From the NCBI GenBank assembly GCA_965153355.1, contig OZ231126.1, forward strand, positions 39,370,001-39,434,000: a stretch of 64,000 bases of DNA. Direction: 5' to 3'. This document shows positions 27,310 to 40,713 of this stretch, piece after piece; the first letter of the stretch is position 1, and every line of letters begins with the position of its first letter. A program made the translations under genes and the position numbers. Source of the stretch: Flaccisagitta enflata (Eukaryota). The notes under the pieces were generated by a model. The model did no database searches, was not told where the DNA came from, and was given only the letters and a program-made list of their open reading frames with translations.

Positions 27310-27928
27310 AACAAGGCCGGATACACGGATGAGTAGGAGCAATGATAGAAAAGGTGAAAAGGGCATTCAGGCAGGAGCATTGAGCTCAAAAAGCTCAAAA
27401 ACGCCAAAAAGTAATAGTCGCAAAAGCGTTAGATGGTCAGCGGTACCCGCGCCCTGCTTAAGTGGGTTGTGGTTGAAGTTGAGGGGGGAGCAGGGCAGTG
27501 GCCCCGAAGGGGTCAATGACCTATGCTTTCACACATATGGGGATTTTTCTTCTCCTTCTCCTCCTTCTCCTCCGCACCCCTCCCCCCTCCCCCAGCCTCC
27601 AGACCCAAATCCCAGTCTTGAGGCCCAAATCCCACCCTCAAGGCCCAAATCCCAACCCCAAGGCCCAGTCTCTAGGGATTTGGGCCTCAAGACTGGGATT
27701 TGGGCCTCGAGGCTGGGATATGAGCCTCCAGGCTGAGATATGGGCCTGGAGGCTGGGGCGAGGGGGGGGGGGTACGAAGGAGAAGAAGGAGAAGGAGGAG
27801 AAAATTCCCCATATGTGTGAAAGCATAGGTCATCGACCCCTTTGGGGCCGCTGCCCAAAAAGGAGACCAACCGACCAACCAACCGATGGACGTACAAAGC
27901 GGGGTATAGAGTCGCGTGGCACGCGACT
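27310..27928 (-). mobile_element. Short HINE hosting a nested long A1 element
   Basis: The two flanking halves match the uninterrupted copy at 35721-35919. Confidence 0.8.
27413..27856 (-). mobile_element. Long HINE-like element A1, palindromic variant
   Basis: 27493-27856 is an imperfect palindrome centred near 27670; A1 tail at 27413-27492. Confidence 0.85.
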
Positions 27929-28601
27929 AAAAACGAATGGAATTACCATATTTGGCTTCATCAACTTCTCAAATAGCATTTGATTATCATTGAAAACTGG
28001 CAGACGTTTTAAAAGAACAGATGATTAGAGGAAAGAAAAGCAGTAGAAAAGAACCCCCCCCCTTAAGGAGAAAGATTGGAGCAGAAGAGAAGGGGAATAA
28101 AAAAGAAAAATAGATGAGGATAAGTATTATACTTAGCACCATCGCCAATCATAAAAAGGCTGGGTCAACCTTGCTTTGGAGTGGGTAGGGTCCATTGCGC
28201 CCCAATACCACCCCCCCCCAAAAAAAAAAATGAATAGTGGGTGGACGGACGGACCATCTAACTTTACAGTCGGGTGAACAAAATTTGAATACGAAGAGTA
28301 GCGAGTTTTCTCCAATTTTGGTGCCGACAGACAGTTTTTCAGCCAAAGGCAAATGAAAGGCACAAAAGTTCAGATTCAAATGAAAATAAAAAAATCCTTC
28401 TCTCTTTCATTGTTTACATTCGAAGCAGACCAAAAAAATAAACACAAAATAATCTGAGAAATTTTTTTCTCGATGAGATTGAAAGTATTCTTGAAAGTCT
28501 GTATGCGTGAGTGTACATTTGTGTGTGCGCGTGTATTTGAAATGAAGAATGTGTAGACGAGAAAGAGCTAAAGAGAGCTTTAGAGAGTATGAGAGAGAGA
28601 G

Positions 28602-28681
<80 letters not shown>

Positions 28682-29035
28682 TGTATGGACTCGTCTAGTT
28701 TGTTGACCATCCAACAAGTTTGAAAGGAAGAGTTAATTGCACGAAAAGGAAAAAAAAGATGAAAGACAAAGCGAAATTTATGAGGAAAATCTACGTAATC
28801 AGCGGAACTGAGGAAGGAGCTGAGGAAGGAGCTGAAAACTATATGCGCATAGGAAGAATGCTGAATGCTGAGAGGAGAGGATAGAAGAGGGAAAGAGAGT
28901 GAGTATGGTTTCTTAACAATGTTGCTCTAGGGTGATTTGTTGAATTTTGGTTTTGCCCTTATCTATTTGGTAAGCATTGGCATTTTGGGTTAGACTCAGA
29001 ATGGATGTTTACTAAGTTAGATTTGCTAAATGGAA

Positions 29036-29497
29036 AACAGTCGCAAAAGCGTCAGATGGTCAGCCATACCCGTTGCCCCTAAGTTAATATATGTAGGATA
29101 TGGCGATGAGAGGGGCAGCAGCCCTGAAAGAGCCGATGACCTATGCTAGGCTAGGATTTAGGCATTGAGGCTAGGTTAAAAGCCTTGAGGCTTAGAGTTG
29201 AGTCATAAGGCTGGAATTTGAGGCAAGGATTGAAGCCATCAGAATTGAATTGGAGCCTCTTGGCTGAGCATGAGGTTAGAGACTTAAGGCTGGAATTGGA
29301 GCCAAGAAGCTAGGATTAGAGCCTCAGGGTCACAATTTGAGCCTCGAAGCTGGAATTGGAGCCTCGAGGCTTGGGTTGGGGCCTTGAGGCTAGGATTGGA
29401 CTGGAGGGGGGGGGGGAGACGGAGAAGGAGAAGGAGAAAGAAGGAGAAGGAGAAATTATCCTGTATGTGTGAAAGCATAGGTCATTGGCCCCTTTCG
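29036..29497 (-). mobile_element. Long HINE-like element A1, diverged and 5'-truncated
   Basis: AACAGTCGCAAAAGCGTCAGATGGTCAGC tail, decayed 20-bp array, TATGTGTGAAAGCATAGGTCA. Confidence 0.75.
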
Positions 29498-30401
29498 TAT
29501 TTTTCAGTTTGGATATAGTCAGGAACAGTGTTCCACAAGTCTAGGAAATCAAATGGAATTGAGGGCCCTGCCCTAAACATATCTAAAGGGGAATGGGTCA
29601 ATCTACATTAATATTCGGTAATAAAGAAAGAAAGAGAGAATGAAGGAAAGGAAGAAGGATAGAGAGAAAGAAAAAAAGAAAGAAAGAAAGACAGAGAGAC
29701 AAACAAACAGACAGACAGACAGACAGATAGAAAAAGAAGAAATAAAGGAAAATGGTTTTTCTGAAGAGTGAAAACTGTTTTCTTTTTTACAACTTTTTTT
29801 TTGTTCTGTTTAAACTTTTTCATTATGTTTTTGACTCAAACTGCCTGATTCCCCACTGATTTTACTTCCAATTCTTAATCCGCACACAAGCACTCGCTCG
29901 GTAAAGGGCAACTGTATTATCTTTTTCGTCGCGTTCTACGCAACAGTACAGGTCTTTATGTCTGTTGGTCGATCCGTTGATCTGTCTATCAGTCGGTTTG
30001 CAGCTCCGCTCGTTTTATACTTTTTAGGTTTTTCCCAATGTTCAGTTTAAAACAGTCATGAAAAGCTAGTTAATAATTTTTGCATGTTTTCTTTCTCAGT
30101 CATTTCTTTTTTTAATGTTGTTTAAAGTTGTGATGAACGCGCAAGCTAACAAAAGGCAATGGGCGGGAGGGGAGAGCAACGAAAGACAGGGTACCTAGGT
30201 GTTAATATAATGAATCAAACCTAACCGTCAATAAGAGTATCTAGGTAAAATAAATCATTACTCATTAAAGTAATTTACAGATATTACACCAGCTGTACGT
30301 TTGTAAGTTAGAAATGGCGTCTTTTTCACGAAACTCTGTGGCGGAGTCTGATACCCATGCGCGATAATTGCGTTAAATGTGATGCCACATAGTCTCTTTT
30401 T

Positions 30402-30512
30402 AGGTGCGACAAAGCACCTTTATAACTGGCTATGTCCGTTGGTTGGTCGGTCGGGTAACGCATTCGTTTGACGATCCACACGTCGCACCTTATTAGCCTT
30501 CTTGGCCTTGTT
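30402..30512 (+). mobile_element. Short HINE, subfamily D
   Basis: AGGTGCGACAAAGCACCT ... GTCGCACCT ... GGCCTTGTT. Confidence 0.85.
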
Positions 30513-31045
30513 CATCGTTAGTAAAGCTGAATGGAACATCCGGATGCATCCCTATCATCATCCAATGGGTTCAGATGTAGTATTTTTACTATCCGGGAGC
30601 GGAAATTTTACCATAAAAAACTCTCTTTCTCAGGTATTTGTATCGTTCGCAGGTAAACATGAATCAACAAATACGTCAAATACAACATAATCAGGGAGCA
30701 GTCAGAAAGAGAGAGGCTAAAAGTAATAAAATCTTAGTATGTTTGGAACTACTATTAGTACTATTACAAATTGGATGATGTTGTTAGATAAAGCCGTTAG
30801 AAGCTTTGCTTGACATGGTTTGGACAATGGACATTCTAATCAAGACCTTGAAATTCCATGTATGGAGCATATAATTATTAGCCACAAGAATTTCAGACAA
30901 GTTCTAGTCTCAGTTCGCCTAATTTTGTTAAAGGGTGCGATTCCAGCAAGCGGTGCCGCTAGTCTCCGACAACAACAAAAAAGACCTCCTATAGTTCCTA
31001 TAGTTTCAATGGCCATTTGATGCAACGCGAAAGATTAATAATCGT

Positions 31046-31136
<91 letters not shown>

Positions 31137-31739
31137 TTCGCCTCAATAGATTCTATTTCCCGAAAAAATCATTGTAATGATTATCATCTTTTTTAGTACC
31201 AATAGAGGCGGCTATCACCGACGGGAAAAAAAGTCATCAAAGAAAATCTCTTTTTTCAGAGGATGTTTTTCTGTGTGTGCATCTCATGCTATTTGGTAAG
31301 TATCATCCCAACCCCAAAACCGCTAAACTTTTTAAAATTACCTCAAATTGAAAATAGAAAACTATTTCTCCCCTCCATTTCAAAAAGTTGAATTACGTAA
31401 TTCGACTTTTTTCCAATTATTGTTTTTATATCAGCAATAAAAGGACAGTAAACTGTAACCACTCTCGTCACTTTTCCATCAAACGTCAATCTCTTCCCCA
31501 CATTGCTGTACCATCAACCATCAACTTTTAGCACTGTCATCGCTTTATCAGGCAAATTATCCCCTATATATTCTGTATTCACAGGCAATAATTTCATCCT
31601 TATTTCTTTCTGTATCTGTTCATATTAGCTTGCTTTTATAATTGTTTCCATCTTGTCATCTCATTACCAATTCTGCTTGTTTGTGATGTCAGTATTCACA
31701 ATCACTTCTACTTCCTCTTTCTTTCCTTCTTTCCTTTTT

Positions 31740-32277
31740 GGGCAGCAGCCCCAAAGGGCCGATGTCCTGCAGGACACAAGGGAATTTCGAGATGTCCGTC
31801 CTTCCATCCATCCATCCTTCCGTCCGTCCTTCCATCCATCCCCCCTTGGCTATCCGAGCCTCAAGTCTGCACTCTCAGGCCTGATTTTGGCCCTCTGAGC
31901 CCTGAAATAAGCCCTCTGAGCCCTGATTTCAGCCCGCTCTCCAGACCTCATATCTGCCCTCAAGACCTCAAATCTGCCCTCCAAACCTCAAATCCGCCCT
32001 CCAGGCCTTAAATCACCTCTTTAAGCCTCAGAATTGTCCTCGAGGCCTCAAGCCTGCCCCCCAAACCTCAAATATGCTCTTTTGGACTAAATCCTGCCCT
32101 CCGGACTTCAATGACCTCTATCTGTCTTCAAAAGAACTGATATACCTCAGGACGTCTCGAAATTCACCCCCGTGTCCTACAGGACATCAGGCCTTTGGGG
32201 CTGCTGCCCTTCTCTCACTCCACTACTTCACTTGATCACTCCAAGCAGGGCATTGGGCGATCCTTGGATGACTAGTT
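31740..32277 (+). mobile_element. Long HINE-like element, subfamily A4
   Basis: ~60-bp imperfect arms (GATGTCCTG.AGGACAC..GAATTTCGAGA) at 31740 and 32150-32209; 21-bp-like array; shortened tail. Confidence 0.75.
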
Positions 32278-33061
32278 TTTAAGTTGCAGACACGGGACTC
32301 TACACCTTACTGTGTTGGTCCATCTGTATGTCCATCAGTCTATCCGTCTGTCCGTAACATTTTTGTAGAACCATTTTTTTTGTCTTTTTTTGGGCAGCGG
32401 CCCCGGAGGGGCTGATGACCTATGATTCCACATAGGGCAAATTTTCCGGTTTCCGTCCGTCCGTCCGTCTGTCCCCCCCCAAGCCTAGAAAATAGCCTCC
32501 TGGGCCTCAAAATAGGCCTTTCAGACCCCCAATCAGGCCTATCAGATCCCAAATCAGGCCTTCCAGACCCCAATTTAGGCCTCTAAGGACCTCAATCAGG
32601 CCTATCAGATCCAAAATCAGGCTTCCAGACCTCAATATAGGCCTATCAGAGCCTCAATCAGGCCTGTCAGACCCCAAATCAAGCTTTCCAGACCTCAAAT
32701 TAGGCCTCCTGAATCCTAACCAGGCCTCTAAGAACCCCAATCAGGCCTTTCAGATCTAAAATCAGGCCTTTTGGGCCTCTGATCAGGCCATCCAGACCTC
32801 AAATCAAGCCTCTCAGACCCTAATTCAGGCTCTTCAGTACCTAATTTAGTTCTCTCAGATCCAAATCTGGCCTTTCAAACTTAAAATCAGATCTTCCAGA
32901 CCTCAAACTAGGCCTATCAGACCCACATCAGCCCTTCCCAGCCCACAAACAGGCCTCCAACCCTGAATTAGACTCAAGATTAGGCCTCTAAGCCCCAAAA
33001 CAAGCTCCTCAAACCCCTCAGACCTCAAATCAGACATCTTAGACCTTAAATCTGGCAACTA

Positions 33062-33668
33062 CTATCTTAGAAATAAATATACGGACAGCTGTTTATAGTC
33101 ATAGCACGCTTAATTTTTGCCGTGGAACATTCATTTTTTTTTTAGAAATGCGCGTCTTCGAAAGATCTAGCGATCTAGACCGAGCCCAATGCTGTATCTT
33201 TACTCGTTTAGAAATGAGAGCTGAAAAAGTAAAAACGTTGCTTTTCGAATTTGGAAAAAAAATGCTGATAATTTTCATCATACCCCTTGGCGCCATCTGG
33301 GCTCGTTGCCTCCGGGATTTTTCTTTTTTACTTAGGTTTTTTTTTACAATGCCTCTGGAAAAACGCATTTCCCTAGATACCAAAGGGGCAATTATCGCTT
33401 TAAGGGGTGAAGGCCTCAGTTTACGCGCATCGGACCTACGGGCAACTTCAAAAGAAGGGCTGAAAAGAATTGCGCTAATGGTTTGGGAGAAGATCACTCC
33501 AGATTACTTGGCGTCACTCTAAGATTCAATGCCACGCCAAATGCGAGCAGTGGTCGATGCCCAAGGCGGATATATAAAGTATTAGGCGTTTTTCAACATG
33601 TTCATGTACTTTTCTAGTCAATAAATGAACTTTTTTATCAAGTGTCCGTATATTTATTTCCAAGATAG
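33062..33668 (+). mobile_element. Internally deleted Tc1-like transposon
   Basis: TA|CTATCTTAGAAATAAATATACGGACA ... TGTCCGTATATTTATTTCCAAGATAG|TA (26-bp TIR, one mismatch). Confidence 0.9.
33349..33585 (+). pseudogene. Tc1 transposase remnant: N-terminal HTH start fused to the C-terminus
   Basis: MPLEKRISLDTKGAIIALRGEGLSLR... then ...VWEKITPDYLASL*DSMPRQMRAVVDAQGGYIKY*, matching the typical Tc1 C-terminal SMPxRxxAVxxAxGGxTKY motif; in-frame stop at 33520. Confidence 0.85.
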
Positions 33669-34526
33669 TAAGACCCAAAATCAGGTATTAAAGACCCTGC
33701 AATTGTCCATCGTGGAATCATAGGTCATCGGCTCCTCCGGGGCCGCTGCCCCACTCATCATCTCATAGCAAATCAAACTAACATAGGGGCATCGGGTACC
33801 GCTGACCATGTAACGCTTTTGCGACTATTAGTGCTACATGTTATTATAAGCATTCAAAATTATTGAAAAAATCAATGACAAAGAGTTATGATCAAAATGT
33901 AGTAAAATGGTACTATTTTTTAATATTTTAAAAAGCGCCACTAAAAAGATTTTATTTTTCTTACATATATGTAACGTGCACCATCAGGGTCCTGAAACCA
34001 TCCAAGTTGGAGCCAATCATTTCAGGTCAACTGGCATCATGCTCTGGGGCTGTGTTTGTTTTCTTTCCTCCTTTCCTTCCTCTCTCACCTTATTTCTTAT
34101 CTCTTGCTCCCCTACCTCCCCTTTAATTTACTTTAATGGTTTTCCTCCTTTCTCTTCCATGTTCTTTCTCCTGTTGTTTACCATCTCCTCATCAGCTGCT
34201 CCCTATTCTTTTATGTGAGCTTCATTCTTGTTTCCTCTCTTTCACTATTCTATTCATTTCCATATTTTCTTCTTACTTTCTCCTTTCTATCTATTTCCAT
34301 ATTTTCTTCCTACTTTCTCATTTCTCTTTTCTTCCTGAATCCTCTTTTCTCCCTATCCCCTTTTCTTTCCTAAATCATCTTTTCTTCCTACCTGCTCTTT
34401 TCTTCCTTTCTCCTCTTTTTTTCCTATCTCCTCTTTTTCTCCTATCTCCTCTTTTTTTCCTACCTCCTCTTTTCTTTTTTCCTCCTCATTTCCTTTTTTT
34501 CTCCCCTTTTCACTCTTCCCTTTTTG

Positions 34527-35070
34527 GGCAGCGGCCCCAAAGGGGTCGATGACCTGTGCTTTCACACATATGACTGTGTTTGCCATGGTTTTGGCTTTTT
34601 AATGATTTTTATTGATAAAGGATAGTTGTGAAGGGTCCGGATTAAGCACCAGTGAGAGTTCCCAAGACTCTCGTCCTTTGTTTTTATGTATCTTTTAATA
34701 AGGCAATGTTGTCACAAGTCATATAGGGAATTTTTTTACTCCTTCTCCTTCTTACCTTCCCTCCCCCCAGCCTCCAGGCCCATATCTCAGCCTTGAGGCC
34801 CATTACATATCCCAGGCTCGAGGCCCAAATCCCTGTCTTGAGGCCCAAATCCCAACCTCAAGGCCCAAATTCCAGCCTCAAGGGATTTGAGCCTCAAGAC
34901 TGGGATTTGGGCCTTAAGGCTGGGATATGGGCCTGGAGGCCGAGGGGAGGGGGGGTACGGAGGAGAAGAAGATGAAGAAGGAGGAGGAGGAGAAAATTGC
35001 CCATATGTGTGAAAGCATAGGTCATCAACCCCCTCAGGGCCGCTGACCATCTAACGCTTTTTCGACTATT
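34527..35070 (+). mobile_element. Long HINE-like element A1, palindromic variant with a tail deletion
   Basis: A1 arms on both sides, inverted repeat units, tail fused at CCGCTG. Confidence 0.8.
34572..34720. mobile_element. 149-bp MITE with 4-bp ATAT TSD
   Basis: CACAC-ATAT|GACTGTG ... CACAAGTC|ATAT-AGGGAA interrupts host consensus CACACATATGGGGAA. Confidence 0.7.
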
Positions 35071-35720
35071 TTTCATTTTTCCTCCGCTTTTCATTCTTCC
35101 CCATCTTTTCATTCTTCCCCATCTTTTCATTCTTCCCCATCTTTTCATTCTTCCTCCTCTGTTCTTTCTTTCTCCTGTTTTTAACCTCATTTTAACCATT
35201 TTGTTTGCCTTCCATATATTTTGGCCTTCAGTGGATTTTATGATTGGACGCCTTTTCAAATATTATCAACCCATCGTGTTCCATATCTCACCGCCAAAAC
35301 TATCTACCAACCAAAGCCATGTTCTTTCTCTCCTCTTCAGACAGGTATAGATTGCCTTAGACAAGGCCATGTTACTATTTTCATAACTACCCAGAAAAAA
35401 AACTTTGAACACATCTTAATTTTTTCATCAACAATTTTTTTCAGCTTATAGAAATGCTAAAAATACTTACAAGATATTCTACAAAATGAGCTTAATCTGG
35501 TTTCTGCAGATCAAAGAGTTCAGAAAATGGTCGTTAAGATTAGAATGAGATTAGATTACATCAGATTAGAGTTAGATAAAAACAAAGTTTTCCCCATCGG
35601 AAGATCTAAAGCCTAGAGGATGAGCGGAATTTGGTTTCTGTGGCATTATTCATTTGAAATGGCAAATCAAGTTGATAGCTTTGCCAAATATGCAACAAGA
35701 TCACGATCACTATCTAATAA

Positions 35721-35919
35721 AACAAGGCCGGATTCACGGCTACCCTAGTCGCGTGCGGGTGGGCAGGGGCAGTGATGGAGAAGGTTGCTGGGTCATTTGG
35801 GCTGGAGCAGTGAGCTCAAAATGCTCAAAAACACCCAAAAAGTAATATGGGGACCAACCAATCGACCAACCAACTGACAGACGGACAAAGCGAGGTTTAG
35901 AGTCGCCTAGCACGCAACT
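35721..35919 (-). mobile_element. Short HINE
   Basis: AACAAGGCCGGATTCACGGC ... AGTCGCCTAGCACGCAACT. Confidence 0.82.
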
Positions 35920-36018
35920 AAAAAGGCTCCTAAAACTTTCATCAACGGTCAAGAAAAAGTTTATGATAGGTGGAACAATATCCCTCACTAACTAGTTAAT
36001 ACGCGCACCACTCCTGGT

Positions 36019-36733
<715 letters not shown>

Positions 36734-37366
36734 CTCCTGGTTTTCCACAAAACAGAATCTGAAAAACATCCTCTCTTATCTACCTTAAATGCAAACTGCC
36801 TATCGAAAGTTTATAACTGAAAGTGATAATTGATTATTATTGGTGTTTTAGGTGTGTATTGAGTTTTTTGTTTAAGAAGTCATGGTTTTTATACTTTCCT
36901 TAGACCCACTTTTATTCAACTATCTTTATTCAAAAGAAAATTTTGTTAAAATCATTGAATTTTAGTCAAATTTAAACAAAATTCTTCAAGTGGTCCCTAA
37001 TTCAATTCAGTTTTTTAATAATAAAATGAAAAATATTGATCCTCATAAGAAATGTTCAAAATAAAACATGTAGGCAACAGTCATATCTAGGTAGCTAAAA
37101 ATTTTTTTTTACTTCGGAGAAATTCTAAAAGTGTTATCAAAAAAATCAAAAGCTACCTTTTTAAAGACCACCCGTTATATGCAAAAAATTTTTATAAAAA
37201 ATGTAAGGAATATATCACATATCTTGTATAACATTTTTGAGGTATAAACGCATTATGTGTCCCCCTTTCGATGAAAATTGTTTAGGATTTTTCTTCAGTC
37301 TATACCATGTGCTCTTTTTGGCTTTATTTGCAACCACAATGATTCAGTGGGGTTGGGACATCTGTA

Positions 37367-37517
37367 AACAAGGCCGGATACACGGCCATCAGTTGCGGAC
37401 GAGTGGGCAGGGGCGGAAATGCGCGTTTTCCCACTTTTTGACTCTATGGTTACGGACGGACCAACCAACCGACCGACGGACGGACAAAGCCTCTTATAGA
37501 GTTGCGTGTCCGCAACT
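37367..37517 (-). mobile_element. Short HINE (AGTTGCGGAC type)
   Basis: Close match to 14981-15146. Confidence 0.85.
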
Positions 37518-39283
37518 AAAAACATTGATCGTTTCAGAAAACTCACATTCTAAATTAAAAAAAAACCCATATGAAAGAGTTACCTGGTGAAGCTAAAACA
37601 ATAGCTTTTATTTTTGGTAAAAGATATCTTAAAGATTGAAGAGCACAAACGCGAAAAGAAAACTAGTACCGCTAGTTTTCTCTTAAATAAAAGAAATCTA
37701 TTTCTGAAAAAAATATGATGATACAATTCAGACATTGTATACCCTTGTTTAAAAGATCTGAAGTTTTCTGCAGTGTAAGCTAATGAAATGCAAGGAGTCT
37801 TTTGTACAGTAGATTGTTTATCTACAATGCTTGCCCCCGTTATCTCAAGTCTAGACAAGATCTACTGTATAATAAAAGAGACCAAATATTAGGAGAAACA
37901 AGGCGAATACCTTACAGTAGTGTGCGGTTGTTAATTCATCATCAACAATATCAACACTTTTTTATACTTACTACATGACTTAAAAGAACTTTAAATAACC
38001 TAAAATGACCTAATTAAACCTAATATGACTTAAAATAATATCACACGGCAAAAAAAAAAGCTGAGTGTTACAGACAGACCGACCAACTGACCAACAGATC
38101 GGGTTATAGAGCTGCATGCATGCGACTAAAAACCTTCAACATACCTGGAAAATAATTCACTGAGTAGTTGAAGCAAAAATCTCAATGCAATGATTGCTAT
38201 TATTCAGTTGAGGTACCTATCTTGTTTTGTTTGTCATTTCCAAATGGCTTGAACTAGACAAATGCAGATTGCAGCATTAGGTCAAAAATTTGGAAAGTTT
38301 CAGAATCTCACAGATTTTTATATAAATTTGTTATCCTAAGTAGAGTTATTACTATAAATGCTTGTTTCCATACTTATGATCTAGATAGTACACTGCATAG
38401 AAACATCATGAAAAGCAACATGAATACATGATAAACATGACATCAAGCCCCAGCAACTCGAAGCAACCCAAGGCAGTCCCGGGGTTAAACCTTACGCTTT
38501 TATACTACAGATTACCCAATGATAAAAGAGAGTGTGTCTCTTGGTAGGTACGAAGGAAGGTAGGAGGGTAGGTAGGTAGGAACGTCCGTAACGCGAAATT
38601 TTGGATGACGCAAAATCGACGGTGATATCTGAGCACTAGATCCCCTGCCCTGCCAAAATACAGCCCCCGCCCTGCTCCATACTGCCCCTGCCCACCCACC
38701 AGCGACGACCTATTGGCCGTGTATCCGGTTACATTTTGTTCATTGGATACATGCAATACGAAATCAAATCGTAGCGGATATTTCTTGCAGCGTAGTATTT
38801 CTGCAAGGCCACACACCGGTGGAGGTAAGAGCCATTGTATTGTCCATCTATAATCTAGACCGTACATAAAAGAAACAAATACTTCTTTCAAACATATGTC
38901 ATATTTCAATACATAAAGAGCGATATGGCATGATACAAACCGAATGATCAAATGAACATTTGCCATTCTTATGGAAATGATTACATTAAACATTATCGGA
39001 GACAACAAAATCTCTAATATGGTGGAAAAACTAACCTTATCAATTGATTGAAGTAATCAACACGCAGCCGAGTGTGTATTCCATAATTGTGACTTTTTCG
39101 GCGTTTTTTTGATTTATTGTGTTTTTTTTTTCATTGTTGTTCATTTTAGTTTTTTTTTGTTTTTAAACAATTGGAATAAGTCAAAAGTTAGATATAATCC
39201 CCAAATTTTTTATGTTTATGAACTGTAGCGGTGGTCAGTATCCACTAACCCCTGGACCAGAGTTGTTTGTAAGCCCAATGAGC

Positions 39284-39895
39284 AAAGGAAGCCCAGTGGA
39301 CTTGGAAAAAGGAAGACCAGTAGACAAAGGAAGCCCAGTGGACAAAGGAAGCCCAGTGGACAAAGGAAGCCCCGTGGACAAAGGAAGCCCCGTGGACAAA
39401 GGAAGCCCCGTGGACAAAGGAAGCCCAGAGAATAAAGGAAGCCCAGTGGGAAAGGGAAGCCCAGTGGACGAAGGAAGCCCAGTGGACAAAGGAAGCCCAG
39501 TGGGAAATGGAAGCCCAGTGGACAAAGAAAGCAGGGGTGTATAAAGTTGAGTATTCCCCCCCCCCGGTTTGGAGATGGGGAAGAAAATCAAAAGTTCAAA
39601 AAAAAAAAAGAAAAAAGAAAATTTTTGAAGATCTAACACTTTTGGTAGTACCAAAAGGTAAAATACAATTACTACAACACAATTTTACACTATTTAAACC
39701 TAGAAAGTACTGTTTTTTAGCTTTGAGGGAAAGAAAATCAGAGATTTTGTTACGCGACGCGTCGCGAGGAAGAAAATCAAAGGCAGGGGGGGGGGGAATA
39801 AAATCAAAAGCCGCTCAACTATATACACCCCTGAAAGGAAGCCCAGAGGATAAAGGAAGCCCGGGGACAAAGGAAGCCCAGTGGACAAAGGAAGG
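39284..39895. repeat. 18-bp minisatellite (AAAGGAAGCCCAGTGGAC), split by a MITE
   Basis: ~13 units before and ~3 units after the insertion. Confidence 0.9.
39532..39833. mobile_element. hAT-type MITE
   Basis: TIR CAGGGGTGTATAAAGTTGAG / CTCAACTATATACACCCCTG; 8-bp TSD AAAGAAAG/AAAGGAAG. Confidence 0.85.
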
Positions 39896-39914
39896 CTAAA
39901 TGGCTAAATTCACG

Positions 39915-40190
39915 GAAATTTTTATTTTCTCATCAATTTTCAAAAGATAATTGTAAATTGGTATTTTTGAATTAATGTCTAACAATAGCTAAAATAATCA
40001 AAATTATAGAAAATTAGGAAAAAATGTTTTTCTGAAAGTTGTAGGGGCTATATGCCAATATGTAAAATATACCATAACTAAAGGTGTAGAAAGGCCCTAA
40101 TCAAAATTTTTAGAAAAAAATCAGCAACTATGAAAAATTTCAAACTTCTCCATGAATAAGAAATTCTGCCCTAAAATACTCCATGTCATA
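39915..40190 (+). repeat. AT-rich dispersed repeat, second copy at ~60905-61180
   Basis: Shared blocks ATCAATTTT..TGTAAATTG, AAAATTATAGAAAAT.AGGAAAAA, TTCTGAAAGTTGTAGGGGC, AAGGCCCT.ATCAAAA. Confidence 0.75.
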
Positions 40191-40591
40191 TGACCTTATT
40201 TTGGTTTGTGATAATGGTCTAGGTGTATAAAAGAATCCCGTCAATAGATTGGTTGAGAAAATGAAAGTTTTTCACCAAGAAATTGGTTGAGAAAAAAGTC
40301 CCCACCAAGACCGAGAGCTATGATAATTTTTTCGATGCTGGTTGTGTCTCGCAAACCATCATTCCTAGAATAGAGGATACCATATGTGAAGCTTCACATA
40401 TGACCATTAGCACGATGAATTTGAAGTTCAACTCTAGGTTTATGCCCAAAGCCATTTAGTTTTCAAGAGAAAAGTGAAACTGACGCGCGCTAATTACAAG
40501 GAAATGTTCGGAAGAAAGAAACATTAAGAAAAAGAGAGGAGAAACCAGCTGAGTGAAGAACCCTAGGCAAGAGGAAAATTGATTAGGATGA

Positions 40592-40713
40592 GAAGAAGAA
40601 GAAGAAGAAGAAGAAGAAGAAGAAGAAGAAGAAGAAGAAGAAGAAGAAGAAGAAGAAGAAGAAGAAGAAGAAGAAGAAGAAGAAGAAGAAGAAGAAGAAG
40701 AAGAAGAAGAAGA
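40592..40713. repeat. (GAA)n microsatellite
   Basis: Direct reading. Confidence 0.95.

Larger units (their letters stand above)
32392..33829 (+). mobile_element. Long HINE-like element, subfamily A3 (21-bp CAGACCCCAAATCAGGCCTAT-like array), interrupted by Tc1
   Basis: 40-bp arms 32392-32431 and 33712-33751; A1-type tail; follows the 5' part of a short HINE starting ~32282. Confidence 0.82.

Noticed and set aside
32410-32431. CTGATGA, a hammerhead ribozyme core-like motif in the A3 arm
   Set aside because: It lies in a fully paired long arm, other copies read CCGATGA or TCGATGA, and I see no GAAA or three-stem junction in the right place.
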